A stretch of 64,000 bases of DNA. Source: Candidatus Kaiserbacteria bacterium. Its GTDB lineage: Bacteria > Patescibacteriota > Minisyncoccia > Phycocordibacterales > UBA918. The stretch is from positions 4,976 to 68,975 of the forward strand of contig JACQKD010000001.1 in the NCBI GenBank assembly GCA_016204695.1. Reading direction: 5' to 3'. Below, piece by piece: positions 18,985-29,512 of the stretch (its first letter is position 1; every line of letters starts with the position of its first letter). The notes under the pieces are model-generated. The model did not search any database. It saw only the letters and a program-made list of their open reading frames with translations, and was not told the origin of the DNA. A program made the position numbers and the translations under genes.

Positions 18985-20577
18985 ATGGAGGAAGGGAGAC
19001 AAACTATCGTGCGCCTGCCGTATTCTCTGCGGCCCGACTTCAAGGTCGGCAGGGCGGAAGAATTGAGCGGCAAAGACCGCGTGCTCTATCGATTTCTTGA
19101 AATTCTGCCGGGCGCCGTCTCGTGGCTGACCCTTATCGGCGTGGTGTTCGCCTCGATGTATGCGCCGGTCTTTGCGGCGTATTTCATCATCGCCTTCTCG
19201 CTCTATTGGCTTCTGAAGACTATTTTTCTCTCGGCGCATTTGCGGCATAACTGGCGGCACCTGCGGCACCACATGAAGCTTGATTGGAAGGCGATACTCG
19301 CGCCGCTTCCGCATGACCATATCTACCACCTCGTGCTGTTTCCGTTTTATAAAGAGCCGGAGGAGGTGCTCGAAGCGACGATCAACTCCCTCTATTGCTC
19401 GGACTATCGCAATGACCGGATGATCGTCATTCTGCCGGTCGAAGCGCGCGCGGGAGAGAGCGCCCTCGCAAACGCCCGCCGTCTCGAAGAGCGGTGGAAG
19501 GGGAAGTTCGCGCATTTCCTGGTCTCCGTGCATCCGGCGGATATCCCCGGAGAGATGGCCGGCAAAGGGTCGAATGTTGTCTGGGCGATCGAAAAAGCGC
19601 GCGTCGAAATATTGGATCGACACAACATCCCGTATGACGACGTGCTCGTCTCCAACCTCGACAGCGATACGGTCGTCTATCCGCAGTATTTCAACTGCTT
19701 GACCTGGCATTTCCTCACCGCGGAAAAGCCCCACAAGACTTCGTTCCAGCCGGTGCCCATTTTCAATAACAACGTCTGGGACGCGCCCGCAATCTCGCGC
19801 GTGACCGCGATGTCGAGCACCTTCTGGGAGATGATCCAGCAGGAACGGCCCGAACGCATGGCGACCTTCTCGTCGCATTCGGTGAGCTTCCGCGCGGTCT
19901 ATGAGATCGGCTACTGGCAGGTCAACATGGTGAATGAAGACTCGCGCATTTATTGGAATCTGCTTGTCGCCAACAATGGCGACTACAGCGTAACGCCGCT
20001 TTCCTATCCGCTCTCGATGGATGCGAACGTCGCGCCGACACTCCTGCGAACGATCAAAAATATCTATCTCCAGCATCGCCGGTGGACCTATGGCGTGGAA
20101 AATTTTGTCTATATCGCCTACCATTTCATCAAGAACAAACAGATTCCGCGCGGCAAGCGCTTGCGCATTCTTCTCACGCAGGCCGAAGGGTATTGGTCGC
20201 TCGTGACCAACCCCATCATGCTCTTTCTCCTCGGGTGGTTGCCGCTTTTTCTCGGCGGGAGGGCATTTCACGAGACGGTGCTTTCATACAATCTGCCGAT
20301 CGTCGTGCGCAACCTCCTGATCCTCGCGATGTTGGGACTCGTTGTCTCTTCGATGATCTCGCTGACTCTCTTGCCTCAGCGTCCGCATGACCGGAGCCGC
20401 TTCATCTATGTCGTGCTCGCGCTCCAATGGATCTTGGTGCCGATCACAATGATTTTCTTCAGTGCATTGCCCGGTCTTGATGCGCAGACGCGGCTTATGC
20501 TCGGCAAATATCTCGGCTTCTGGGTGACACCGAAGACGAGGCCGAATGTACAAGGAGCGCCGAGTCCCGTTCTCTGA
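18985..20577 (+). CDS. Membrane GT2-family (processive-type) glycosyltransferase
   Basis: P.YKE, GKGSN, LDSD, NEDS and QHRRW motifs with flanking TM helices. Confidence 0.88.
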   Translation: MEEGRQTIVRLPYSLRPDFKVGRAEELSGKDRVLYRFLEILPGAVSWLTLIGVVFASMYAPVFAAYFIIAFSLYWLLKTIFLSAHLRHNWRHLRHHMKLDWKAILAPLPHDHIYHLVLFPFYKEPEEVLEATINSLYCSDYRNDRMIVILPVEARAGESALANARRLEERWKGKFAHFLVSVHPADIPGEMAGKGSNVVWAIEKARVEILDRHNIPYDDVLVSNLDSDTVVYPQYFNCLTWHFLTAEKPHKTSFQPVPIFNNNVWDAPAISRVTAMSSTFWEMIQQERPERMATFSSHSVSFRAVYEIGYWQVNMVNEDSRIYWNLLVANNGDYSVTPLSYPLSMDANVAPTLLRTIKNIYLQHRRWTYGVENFVYIAYHFIKNKQIPRGKRLRILLTQAEGYWSLVTNPIMLFLLGWLPLFLGGRAFHETVLSYNLPIVVRNLLILAMLGLVVSSMISLTLLPQRPHDRSRFIYVVLALQWILVPITMIFFSALPGLDAQTRLMLGKYLGFWVTPKTRPNVQGAPSPVL

Positions 20578-20594
20578 TATTTGTTTGTTTTCCT

Positions 20595-21545
20595 ATGGCA
20601 CCCGCATCCATCATCCCTACACTTTCTCGGTCTCGCAGGCGTATCTATTTCCGCCTCGCGGTCTTGGTGTTCGTTTTCGCCATCCCGTTTCTCTTTTTGT
20701 ACGCCACGGGTTATCGGATTGACGGGTTTTCCAGTCTCACGAGTACCGGCGGCATCTATGTCGGCACGGGGCAGGCGGACGCGTCGATCTACATTGACGG
20801 TGAGTTGGTACACGAGACCGGGACATTCCGCCGCGCGTTTTATGTGCAGGACCTGATTCCCGGATCATATACGATACTCGTTTCAAAAGAAGGATATCAT
20901 CCGTGGAAGAAAGTGCTTCCTGTCGAAGCGTATCGGGTGACGGAAGCCCAGGCGTTCAATCTGCCCGAAGAGCCGCTGTTGGTGCTGATCCCTCCGACGT
21001 TTACGATCCAGACGCCGAACGCGACCACAACCGCGACATCCACCGTCTTCCTTTCGAACCCCGTGTATGAGGAAATAACGGCATCGTTTGCCACGACCAC
21101 GCAGGCGGGTCTTATCCAGCAGGCGCCGCGCGCGTCCGCTTCCGCCGAAGAGCGACTTATCTCTACGGTTGCCGTTTCCAAGACCGCGACGACGACCAAG
21201 GAGTTTCGCGGGATGCAACTCTATGATGCGGGCGAGCGGGTCGTCGCGCGATGGGTGCGCGAGAGGGACACCGCCCCATTCTACTTGTGTGCGGAGGAAG
21301 GTGTCTGCATGAGCGAAGTGTCGCTCACTACGGACGGAGAGAAGCCCTCGTACTTCGACTTTCTCCCGGGTACGAGCGATCTGGCGATTGTGACGTTGTC
21401 CTCCGGCGTATACGTGGTCGAGCTTGATAACCGGTCGGGGCAAAACATCCAGCCGCTGTTTCCGACTCCGGGTGCCGACTTTCGTATCGTCGGTGGCGGC
21501 ATCTATGTCAAGTCGGGCCAATCGATCTACAAGGTGGAGATATAG
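20595..21545 (+). CDS. PEGA-domain membrane-anchored protein
   Basis: TM helix then ASIYIDG...LIPGSYTILVSKEGY.PWKK. Confidence 0.8.
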   Translation: MAPASIIPTLSRSRRRIYFRLAVLVFVFAIPFLFLYATGYRIDGFSSLTSTGGIYVGTGQADASIYIDGELVHETGTFRRAFYVQDLIPGSYTILVSKEGYHPWKKVLPVEAYRVTEAQAFNLPEEPLLVLIPPTFTIQTPNATTTATSTVFLSNPVYEEITASFATTTQAGLIQQAPRASASAEERLISTVAVSKTATTTKEFRGMQLYDAGERVVARWVRERDTAPFYLCAEEGVCMSEVSLTTDGEKPSYFDFLPGTSDLAIVTLSSGVYVVELDNRSGQNIQPLFPTPGADFRIVGGGIYVKSGQSIYKVEI

Positions 21546-21569
21546 GAAGTTTTCCGTATAATGGGAGCT

Positions 21570-22277
21570 ATGACAGAAGAAGGACACCTGCATCCGCTCT
21601 CGCATGTCGTACGAGATATTGAGATGATTTTCGCCGAGCTTGGATTTTCATATGTTGACGGCCCCGAGTTTGAGACGGAATATTATAATTTTGACGCGCT
21701 CAACATGCCGAGCGACCACTCTTCGCGCGACATGCAGGACACCTTCTGGGTGAAGCAGAGGAATGAAAAAAATGAGCGGCAATTACTCCGCACACAGACT
21801 TCGTCCGTGCAGATCCGCGCGATGGAAAAGCTCAAACCTCCCTTTCGGGTCGTGGTAACCGGCGGGCGCGTGTTTCGTAACGAAGCCACCGATGCCACGC
21901 ACGAAGCGCAGTTCTATCAGCAGGAGGCGCTCTACGTCGACAAGAATGTGAACCTTGCACAACTCAAAGGCACGCTCTCGTATTTTTGTAGGCGATTCTT
22001 CGGTGAGGAGTCGGCCGAGATACGATTTCGCCCGAGCTACTTCCCGTTTGTCGAGCCGGCGCTTGAAGTCGACATGCGGTACAAGGGCAAGTGGCTTGAG
22101 ATCGCCGGCTCCGGCCTCGTGCATCCGAATGTCCTGCGGAACGTCGGTATCGATCCGAGCGAGTGGCAAGGATTCGCCTTTTCGTTTGGCATCGACCGGC
22201 TTGCCATCTTGCGGCACGGCATCGATGATATTCGTCTGTTTTACAACGGCGACCTTCGTCTCGTTCAGCAATTTTAA
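21570..22277 (+). CDS. pheS: Phenylalanyl-tRNA synthetase alpha subunit (short, no N-terminal coiled coil)
   Basis: G.LHP, NFDALN, RDMQDTF, LLRTQTS and FRPSYFPFVEP motifs. Confidence 0.96.
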   Translation: MTEEGHLHPLSHVVRDIEMIFAELGFSYVDGPEFETEYYNFDALNMPSDHSSRDMQDTFWVKQRNEKNERQLLRTQTSSVQIRAMEKLKPPFRVVVTGGRVFRNEATDATHEAQFYQQEALYVDKNVNLAQLKGTLSYFCRRFFGEESAEIRFRPSYFPFVEPALEVDMRYKGKWLEIAGSGLVHPNVLRNVGIDPSEWQGFAFSFGIDRLAILRHGIDDIRLFYNGDLRLVQQF

Positions 22278-22282
22278 TTTTT

Positions 22283-24184
22283 ATGCTTGTCTCATACAAA
22301 TGGTTGCAAACGTATTTCGATACATCACTTCCCGAGCCGGAGAAACTCGGCGAGCTTTTGACGATGCGGGTGCTTGAACTCGACGGTCTTGAACAGAAGC
22401 AGAAAGATACCGTACTCGACATAAAGGTTCTCGCTGATCGCGCGCATTATTGCCTCTCGCATCGGGGTGTCGCCGGGGAAGCCGCCGCCATCACCGGATT
22501 GGTTCGGAACATTCCGGAAAAGCCGAATGTTGACGTACAAGAAAGTATAGACAAACCCCTCGTCAATGTCCTCGACGAAGAATGCGGACGATATGTTGCG
22601 CGGCGTATTGAAGGAGTCACAGTTGGCCGCTCTTCCGCACGGATAGTCGAATCTCTCGAGACGCTTGGTCAGCGGTCAATCAACAACATCGTCGACGCGA
22701 CCAACTTCGTGATGCTTGACATGGGCCAGCCGCTCCACGCATTCGATGCGGACAAACTTGTCGGCGGCATCACGGTGCGCAAAGCCCGCGACGGTGAACG
22801 GATGACGACGCTTGACGGGAAGGATGTCGTGCTCGATTCTTCGGTACTGCTCATTGCCGATGACGAAGGACCATTGGCGATTGCCGGAATAAAGGGAGGC
22901 ACGCGCGCGCAGGTTGACGAGAGTACAAAAAATATCATCCTTGAATCGGCCTACTTTAGGCCGGGCTCTACTCGGAAAACTTCCATGAAGCTCGGCATTC
23001 GCACCGATGCTTCGAAGCGCTTCGAGGTGGGGATTACGCCGGAATACGCGCCGGTTGCTCTCGCGGAGGTGACTGCGCTTATTCTTGCCGGCTCGCCCTC
23101 TGCGAAGGCCGGGCCGGTGCTTGATATCTACCCGCAACCGGCGCAGAAGACCGTCCTGTCAGTCGATCTCTCGGACATCAACAAGCGTCTCGGTATCGAG
23201 GTGCCTCGGGAAGAAGCGGTCGCTATTCTCAAACGACTCGGTATCGAAGTCGAGGAAAAAGGAAACGAGCTTGTGCTCACCATCCCGTACGAACGTCTCG
23301 ACCTTGCAATCCCCGAAGACATTGCCGAGGAAGTCGGACGGCTCTATGGGTACGAAAAGCTCGAAAATCAACTCCCTCCGTCGGGCGTAACCTCGACAAT
23401 CGACAAGCGCAATTATTATACGGAAAAAATCAAAGACATCCTTGCGGGACTCGGGTTTTATGAAGTGTATTTATATTCGCTTGTCGCCGAGGGAGATTTT
23501 GAAATCGAGCTTCCGCTTGCCGAGGACAAGAAGTTTCTCCGAACAAGTCTCGTGCCGGGTATTTCCCGCGCCCTCAAGTTTAATGCGAACAACGCGCCGC
23601 TTCTCGGACTCGACCAAATAAAGCTCTTTGAGTTTGGAAAAGTTTTTCCCAAAGATGGAGAAGTACTCATGCTCGGGCTCGGCGTCGAGAATGCCCCCGG
23701 ATACAAAGGAGGGAAGCCGCAGGAAGAGATACGGAAGGCGATGGAAAAGCTGGCGGAGGCGCTCGGTCTGCCGTCTTCCGCATTGTCGCAGGCGCAAACA
23801 GGAGAAGGCGGTATTGTCGAGTGGCCGCTCGACGCATTGCTCGAAAAACTTCCCGAACCGCCGCAAGCAACACCCCGCTACGAAATCAATCGCGCCGTCC
23901 GCTTTCAAAAATTTTCTCCGTACCCGTTCATTGCGCGGGACATCGCGATGTGGGTTGATGAGGGTGTAAGTGCTTCGGACATAGAAACGGTGCTGAAAGC
24001 AACCGCCGGAGACCTCCTCGTTCGTCTCTCGTTGTTTGACGAGTACAAAAAAGATGCTCGCATCTCCTACGCCTTCCGCCTCGTCTTCCAGTCCATGGAC
24101 CGCACTCTCACGAACGAAGAAATAAACGCCGTCATGACTCAAGTCACCCAAGCCGTCACCGCCAAAAACTGGGAAGTGCGATAA
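22283..24184 (+). CDS. pheT: Phenylalanyl-tRNA synthetase beta subunit (short form)
   Basis: INNIVD.TN, GQPLHAFD, D.AEEV.RLYGY and a C-terminal anticodon-binding domain. Confidence 0.95.
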   Translation: MLVSYKWLQTYFDTSLPEPEKLGELLTMRVLELDGLEQKQKDTVLDIKVLADRAHYCLSHRGVAGEAAAITGLVRNIPEKPNVDVQESIDKPLVNVLDEECGRYVARRIEGVTVGRSSARIVESLETLGQRSINNIVDATNFVMLDMGQPLHAFDADKLVGGITVRKARDGERMTTLDGKDVVLDSSVLLIADDEGPLAIAGIKGGTRAQVDESTKNIILESAYFRPGSTRKTSMKLGIRTDASKRFEVGITPEYAPVALAEVTALILAGSPSAKAGPVLDIYPQPAQKTVLSVDLSDINKRLGIEVPREEAVAILKRLGIEVEEKGNELVLTIPYERLDLAIPEDIAEEVGRLYGYEKLENQLPPSGVTSTIDKRNYYTEKIKDILAGLGFYEVYLYSLVAEGDFEIELPLAEDKKFLRTSLVPGISRALKFNANNAPLLGLDQIKLFEFGKVFPKDGEVLMLGLGVENAPGYKGGKPQEEIRKAMEKLAEALGLPSSALSQAQTGEGGIVEWPLDALLEKLPEPPQATPRYEINRAVRFQKFSPYPFIARDIAMWVDEGVSASDIETVLKATAGDLLVRLSLFDEYKKDARISYAFRLVFQSMDRTLTNEEINAVMTQVTQAVTAKNWEVR

Positions 24185-24238
24185 GTGTTAGAAAGTAGCG
24201 ACAAAGAGCGGTATTTTTGCTATACTACAGACAACAAA

Positions 24239-26359
24239 ATGGCTAAAAACACATCTCCCAAAACGCTAAAAGTAAAGGTTTCTGAAAAAGTGAAGGTTTA
24301 TGATGCCACGAGCATTACCGTGCTTGAAGGGCTTGACCCGGTGCGCAAGCGGCCGGGCATGTACATCGGTACGACCGGTACGGATGGTCTCCACCATCTT
24401 ATTTGGGAAGTTTTTGATAACTCCCGCGACGAGGCGATGGGCGGATTTGCCGACCGTGTCGAGGTCGTGCTTCTGCCGGACAATCGCATTCGTGTCGTCG
24501 ACAACGGCCGCGGCAATCCGGTGGATATGCACAAGCAGACGAATGTGTCCGCGCTTGAGACCATCATGACGACGCTTCACGCCGGAGGAAAATTTGGCGG
24601 CGAAGGGTACAAGGTTTCCGGCGGACTCCATGGTGTCGGCGTGTCGGTGGTCAACGCGCTCTCGACGTATGTCCGCGCCGACGTCTACCGCGACGGCGGT
24701 CACTTCGTGCAGGAATATGAAATCGGCAAGCCGAAGGCGAAGGTGAAAAAGGTCGGCGCGTCGGACCTCAACGGCACGATTATCACCTTCGAGCCGGATA
24801 TCTCCATCTTCAAAGAAATTTCATTCGAGTGGAATCGTATCGTCGCGCACTTGCGCCAGCAGGCGTATTTGGTCAAAGGGATGCACTTGCGGGTGATTGA
24901 CGCGCGAGAGACGAAAGTGCCGAATCTCGACAACACGTTTTGGTTTGCCGACCTCGGTGTTGAAGCGCCGTCGCAGACGTTCTACTTCGAAGGCGGTTTG
25001 CGCTCTCTCGTCGCATTCCACAATCAGTATCAGAAGCCCATTCACCGACACATTTTTTATGTCGAGAAAGAAAATGTTGACGCGGCGGTGCTTTCGGTCG
25101 AAGTCGCATTGCAGTATGTGGACGACATCTCCGCGCGCATCACCGCCTTTGCCAACAATATCCACAACGCCGAGCACGGCACGCACGTCACCGGCTTCAA
25201 GACCGCGCTCACCCGCACGCTGAATAATTACGCGCGCAAGAACAATTTTATAAAAGAAAAAGACGAGTCGTTCACCGGCGAAGATGTGCTCGAAGGCATC
25301 ACCGTCGTCATCTCGGTGAAGATGCCGGAAATACAATTTGAAGGACAGACCAAGAGCAAACTCGGTTCGGTGGAGGCGCGCAGTGCGGTCGAGACGGTCT
25401 TCGGCGACGCCTTTGCGACATTTCTTGAGGAGAACCCGGACGACGCCAAGGCGATCGCAAACAAAGTCATCATTGCGGTGAAGGCGCGCAAGGCCGCAAA
25501 GGCGGCGAAGGACTCCGTGCTCCGCAAGGGCGCGCTTGAGGGCATGACGCTTCCGGGCAAACTCGCCGATTGTCAGACCAAGAGCGCGGAAGAATCGGAG
25601 CTCTTCATCGTGGAGGGCGACAGCGCCGGAGGAAGTGCGAAAATGGGACGCGATCGAAGGACGCAGGCGATCTTGCCTCTGCGGGGGAAGATACTCAATG
25701 TCGAGAGAGCGCGCATCGACAAGATGCTCGATTCCGAGCAGATTAAAAATCTCGTGATTGCGCTCGGGACCGCCATCGGCGATGTCTTCGACCTTTCGAA
25801 ACTGCGCTATCACAAGATAATCATCGCGACTGATGCGGATGTCGACGGTGCGCACATCCGCACGCTTCTTCTCACTCTTTTCTATCGCTACTTCCGGCCG
25901 GTCATAGACGGCGGATATGTCTATATCGCCCAGCCGCCGCTCTACAAAATCCAAAAAGGGAAGGCGACCACGTATGCGTACACGGATGCCGAAAAATTTG
26001 AAATTCTCGGTGAGGAGGGCGAGTCGGCGCAGATCGAGGGAAGTGCTCCGGAGATGGAGGTCGAAGGAGGGAATGAGTCCGTTGAAGAGGAGGATGCCGA
26101 TTCGTCAGTCGACGAAGAAGGAGAAACGTCAAAGCGGAAAATAAAAACGCACATCCAGCGGTACAAAGGACTCGGAGAGATGAACGCCGAAGAATTGTGG
26201 GAGACGACCATGAATCCCGAGAACCGCATCTTGAAGCAGGTGCATGTCGAGGACGCCGCAGACGCCGACCGCGTGTTCGACATCCTCATGGGCACCGATG
26301 TCGGCAGTCGCAAGTCTTTCATCCAGTCGAACGCCCACATGGCGAATTTGGATATTTGA
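24239..26359 (+). CDS. gyrB: DNA gyrase subunit B
   Basis: VRKRPGMYIG, SGGLHGVG, VEGDSAGG, DADVDG and RYKGLGEM motifs. Confidence 0.96.
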   Translation: MAKNTSPKTLKVKVSEKVKVYDATSITVLEGLDPVRKRPGMYIGTTGTDGLHHLIWEVFDNSRDEAMGGFADRVEVVLLPDNRIRVVDNGRGNPVDMHKQTNVSALETIMTTLHAGGKFGGEGYKVSGGLHGVGVSVVNALSTYVRADVYRDGGHFVQEYEIGKPKAKVKKVGASDLNGTIITFEPDISIFKEISFEWNRIVAHLRQQAYLVKGMHLRVIDARETKVPNLDNTFWFADLGVEAPSQTFYFEGGLRSLVAFHNQYQKPIHRHIFYVEKENVDAAVLSVEVALQYVDDISARITAFANNIHNAEHGTHVTGFKTALTRTLNNYARKNNFIKEKDESFTGEDVLEGITVVISVKMPEIQFEGQTKSKLGSVEARSAVETVFGDAFATFLEENPDDAKAIANKVIIAVKARKAAKAAKDSVLRKGALEGMTLPGKLADCQTKSAEESELFIVEGDSAGGSAKMGRDRRTQAILPLRGKILNVERARIDKMLDSEQIKNLVIALGTAIGDVFDLSKLRYHKIIIATDADVDGAHIRTLLLTLFYRYFRPVIDGGYVYIAQPPLYKIQKGKATTYAYTDAEKFEILGEEGESAQIEGSAPEMEVEGGNESVEEEDADSSVDEEGETSKRKIKTHIQRYKGLGEMNAEELWETTMNPENRILKQVHVEDAADADRVFDILMGTDVGSRKSFIQSNAHMANLDI

Positions 26360-26369
26360 GCGTTGTTGC

Positions 26370-26414
26370 AAGCAGACCGAAAAATCCGCCTAAGGCGGAT
26401 TTTTCGGTCTGCTT
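26370..26414. terminator. Hairpin between convergent genes (bidirectional terminator or REP-like)
   Basis: 21-bp perfect stem with a TCCGCC-TAA-GGCGGA core. Confidence 0.7.
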
Positions 26415-26433
26415 TCCGTCTCGATCCATTCTC

Positions 26434-27510
26434 TTAATCCTCGATATCGACTGTCTTTGAGAAAGAATTGTTGGCCGCGTTGATGTCGCCGCCTCCTGTT
26501 ACGGTCGCCGAGATGCGCTCGCTACCGTCTTTGCTGACGTCGTCAAATTGCAGGGTGATGATCTGGCGTTCGTTCGGTTTCAGAGGAGCGTTCGCACTTG
26601 ATTTGTATGTAAAGTCGGCATCGGTCGGAAGTGTTGCGGAGAAATACCAAACATCCGATGTTTTGGTGCCGATATTTTTCACTTCAAAGCGCAGTGCGCC
26701 GCGTTCGTCTTCTTCAAGCGAAGAATGAGGGGTAAAGATTTTTGTGCTCGTGTCGTATGTGCCGACGCCGATGAAGGTGGCCGCGAGATCGGTGAACCCG
26801 CTCGGATCGGACTCCGGCATCTTCGTAACGACCACCGGCACGGTCCGGTATTGTACGGGAGGTATGTCCGCCGATGGCGGCTCCGGATCAGATGTTTCTT
26901 CCGGTTCCGGTGTTGGTTCGGGCCGGGGCTCCGGCGGCGCGGAGTCGTTGTTGTCCTCTTCGGCGACGGTACCGTTGTCTGTCGTGGCAAGACCGTCCTC
27001 GCTGACTGCCGGATTGACGACGGTCACTTTGGCGGTCTGTGCTTGCGGCTCTTCGCCGTCGGGAGTGAATTCGATCGTGTAGGGTACGTCCGCGTAGCGA
27101 CTGCGTTCGGAGGAAAAGACGACCGCGGCCGATTCCGTATTTTTTCCAAGCGGCACGTTTGTGTCGCATTCGACTTTCGAAAGATTCCCCGACTCGTCTC
27201 GTATTTCGGCAACTACGCCGTCGGTGCATTGGTACGAAAATGCGTACGTTCCATCCGCGCCGGCTCGTGTCCAGGAAACGGTCAAAATCTCTCCCGTATT
27301 GAGAAGGGTCGTATCAGTGGAAAGGGTGAATTGTGTCTGCTCGTTGCGGAAACTCGCGGCGATCGAGCCGAGCGTGTCAAACGCCGCGGGAGCGAGCCGC
27401 ACCGCCTGCACGGCGAGCCATGCCACAAAGACAAGAGCAACGATGAAGCCGATAATGGCGAGGGTTTTGATAATAGTGGTCTTTTGCCGTTCGTTTTCCG
27501 TGCCGTTCAT
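26434..27510 (-). CDS. Membrane-anchored surface protein with Pro/Glu linker and a CARDB-like C-terminal domain
   Basis: N-terminal TM helix; FEVKNIGTK...LKPNE...NN pattern. Confidence 0.7.
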   Translation of the reverse strand: MNGTENERQKTTIIKTLAIIGFIVALVFVAWLAVQAVRLAPAAFDTLGSIAASFRNEQTQFTLSTDTTLLNTGEILTVSWTRAGADGTYAFSYQCTDGVVAEIRDESGNLSKVECDTNVPLGKNTESAAVVFSSERSRYADVPYTIEFTPDGEEPQAQTAKVTVVNPAVSEDGLATTDNGTVAEEDNNDSAPPEPRPEPTPEPEETSDPEPPSADIPPVQYRTVPVVVTKMPESDPSGFTDLAATFIGVGTYDTSTKIFTPHSSLEEDERGALRFEVKNIGTKTSDVWYFSATLPTDADFTYKSSANAPLKPNERQIITLQFDDVSKDGSERISATVTGGGDINAANNSFSKTVDIED

Positions 27511-27604
27511 AGTGCGGAGAACCTACCATGGTATGCAGTAGGTGTCAAGCTGGTGTAGGTTGACAAGTATTCAATATTGATGCATTGTTTCCCGACTACG
27601 GCCT

Positions 27605-28264
27605 ATGCCTCCCCCGGACAACAACGGACTCTTCGAACGCATTCTTGCTCACAAACTTTCTTTTTTTGTTGTGTTTTTCATCGTGTTTCTGGTGAGTTAC
27701 GGCGTCCTCTATGCCGTCGACTTCATTCCCGAAGCGCCGGAGGAGAAAGAAGAGCCCGTGCCAGCAGTCACGACAGATCCCGAGCCGGCGCCGCTTGTCG
27801 TCACCGACCCGTATCCTAAGCGGATGATCATCGAGGCGCTTGAGAAAGACATCGTGATCCAAAATCCCGAGAGCCGCACCGTGGCGGATCTCGACAAGGC
27901 ACTGCTCACCGGCGCGGTGCGGCATCCCGATTCGGCCACCTTTGCCGAGGATGGGACGATGTTTCTCTTCGGCCATTCAAGCTATCTGCCGCATGTGTTC
28001 AATAAAAACTTTCAGGCATTCAATGATGTCCAGAAACTCGTGTGGGGCGACATCATCAAAGTGCAGTCGTCCAACGTCGAGTACCGCTATCGCGTCAACA
28101 AAGTGTATAAGACTAAGGCCGAAGATGCTTCGGTGACCCTCGGCGGCACGAAGAAGAAGCTTACGCTCGTTACCTGCAATTCCTTCGGCTCAAAGGACGA
28201 GCGGTTTGTCGTCGAGGCGGATCTTGTCGAGACGGTGGCGCTTGCAGAAAACGGCTCTCCATAA
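27605..28264 (+). CDS. Sortase
   Basis: N-terminal TM anchor; catalytic motifs FGHSS, LTLVTC and a downstream Arg (ERFVV). Confidence 0.92.
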   Translation: MPPPDNNGLFERILAHKLSFFVVFFIVFLVSYGVLYAVDFIPEAPEEKEEPVPAVTTDPEPAPLVVTDPYPKRMIIEALEKDIVIQNPESRTVADLDKALLTGAVRHPDSATFAEDGTMFLFGHSSYLPHVFNKNFQAFNDVQKLVWGDIIKVQSSNVEYRYRVNKVYKTKAEDASVTLGGTKKKLTLVTCNSFGSKDERFVVEADLVETVALAENGSP

Positions 28265-28437
28265 ACCTGAAATGGGGTGGTTGACTGTTTTCCGAAGAGA
28301 CATCGAACATTGACAAAGAGCAAAATGAGGTATAGCGTTCGGCGCAAAGTTCCTCTCTGTCCGGTGGGGGCAGAGCTTGTTGTTTGATTTGTCATGAATT
28401 GGCCGCGTAAAGGCGTGGCCGTGGAAAGAGGAAAGCC

Positions 28438-29349
28438 ATGAAAAAAGTTGACTCACGGTCTTTTTTTGCCGGTTCTATTTTTTGTTTGTTACTGTGGTGG
28501 CTGATTAGGGTGGCCGTTGGGGCGGACCAGGGATGGAGGCCTTGGTTCGTCAAAAAAGTTCCGCAGTCGCGCGAGGCCTTTGCCCGCGCGATTGAGACGG
28601 ATGACCGCACGATGCTCCGTGTCCCGGCCGGACTGTTTGCCGCGACATGGGGCGGTCGCGGCATGGACCTACCGGTCGGGCCTGACCCGGCAAGTTGGGG
28701 AAGTTTTTTGAGGAGCTCCGAGGTAACCGAGGTGGCATGCACCCCGGAGCTCCTCCGGACTCTCTTTCTTGCCCGGGTTCGTCCTGACATAGGTGAGGTG
28801 GATTTCGCCCTTGAGAGGGAGGCGTGTCTCCCTGGTGAGATGTTCCTCGCGTGGCGGGGGACACCGTTTGTCTCACTGGGTTGCGGGAATCCGGTGAGGC
28901 TGCGAGTGCCTCGCCCGCCTGCCTCGCCTGCTGTTCCGCCCACGACGACGGTTGTTGTGCCGCCCCATCCGCCACCACCGCCGGTTGCGGAGTGCGTTGA
29001 GCTTCACTCTTTCTATCGCGGGAAAGTCGTTTTTCCGACGATAGAAGACCGACCCGCGTGGTTCCACTGCAATCCGTGGTCGGATTGTGTCGTGGACTGT
29101 CTGGACTGGGTGAGCGGCCGGAACGCTCGCCCGTTCCCACGGCTGGGGAGCGACGCGGCCCGGAGCCAGCAGGAAGCGGCTCGGGTTCGCGAGCTCACCG
29201 GCCAAGGGAGCCGTGGCGGGCACGCGGCACTTGAGGGCGCGACCATGATGCCCGTGAGCCGGCACGGACCGACGGTGTTTTGCAAAAAGGGGACCCATGA
29301 GTATTGGGTCCTTTGGCCGGACGGCCGAGTCACGAAAGGACTCGACTGA
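28438..29349 (+). CDS. Hypothetical exported Pro/Cys-containing protein (ORFan-like)
   Basis: Purine-rich RBS, hydrophobic N-terminus and a downstream hairpin. Confidence 0.55.
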   Translation: MKKVDSRSFFAGSIFCLLLWWLIRVAVGADQGWRPWFVKKVPQSREAFARAIETDDRTMLRVPAGLFAATWGGRGMDLPVGPDPASWGSFLRSSEVTEVACTPELLRTLFLARVRPDIGEVDFALEREACLPGEMFLAWRGTPFVSLGCGNPVRLRVPRPPASPAVPPTTTVVVPPHPPPPPVAECVELHSFYRGKVVFPTIEDRPAWFHCNPWSDCVVDCLDWVSGRNARPFPRLGSDAARSQQEAARVRELTGQGSRGGHAALEGATMMPVSRHGPTVFCKKGTHEYWVLWPDGRVTKGLD

Positions 29350-29512
29350 TCCGGTGGTTAGTTGGTGGCGGGGGCTTCACATGCCTTGCCTTACGCCACC
29401 AACTAACCTTCTTTACTATTCTCGCGTGCCCCCTATTACATAAGAGGCAGGTGGGAGTACAGAGGAGAAAGAAATAGTACTTACTAGCGTTTATACATTG
29501 TCTGCCGCTGTT

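Noticed and set aside
26010-26140. Acidic insertion in GyrB as an intein or mobile insert
   Set aside because: Short low-complexity loop with no intein motifs.
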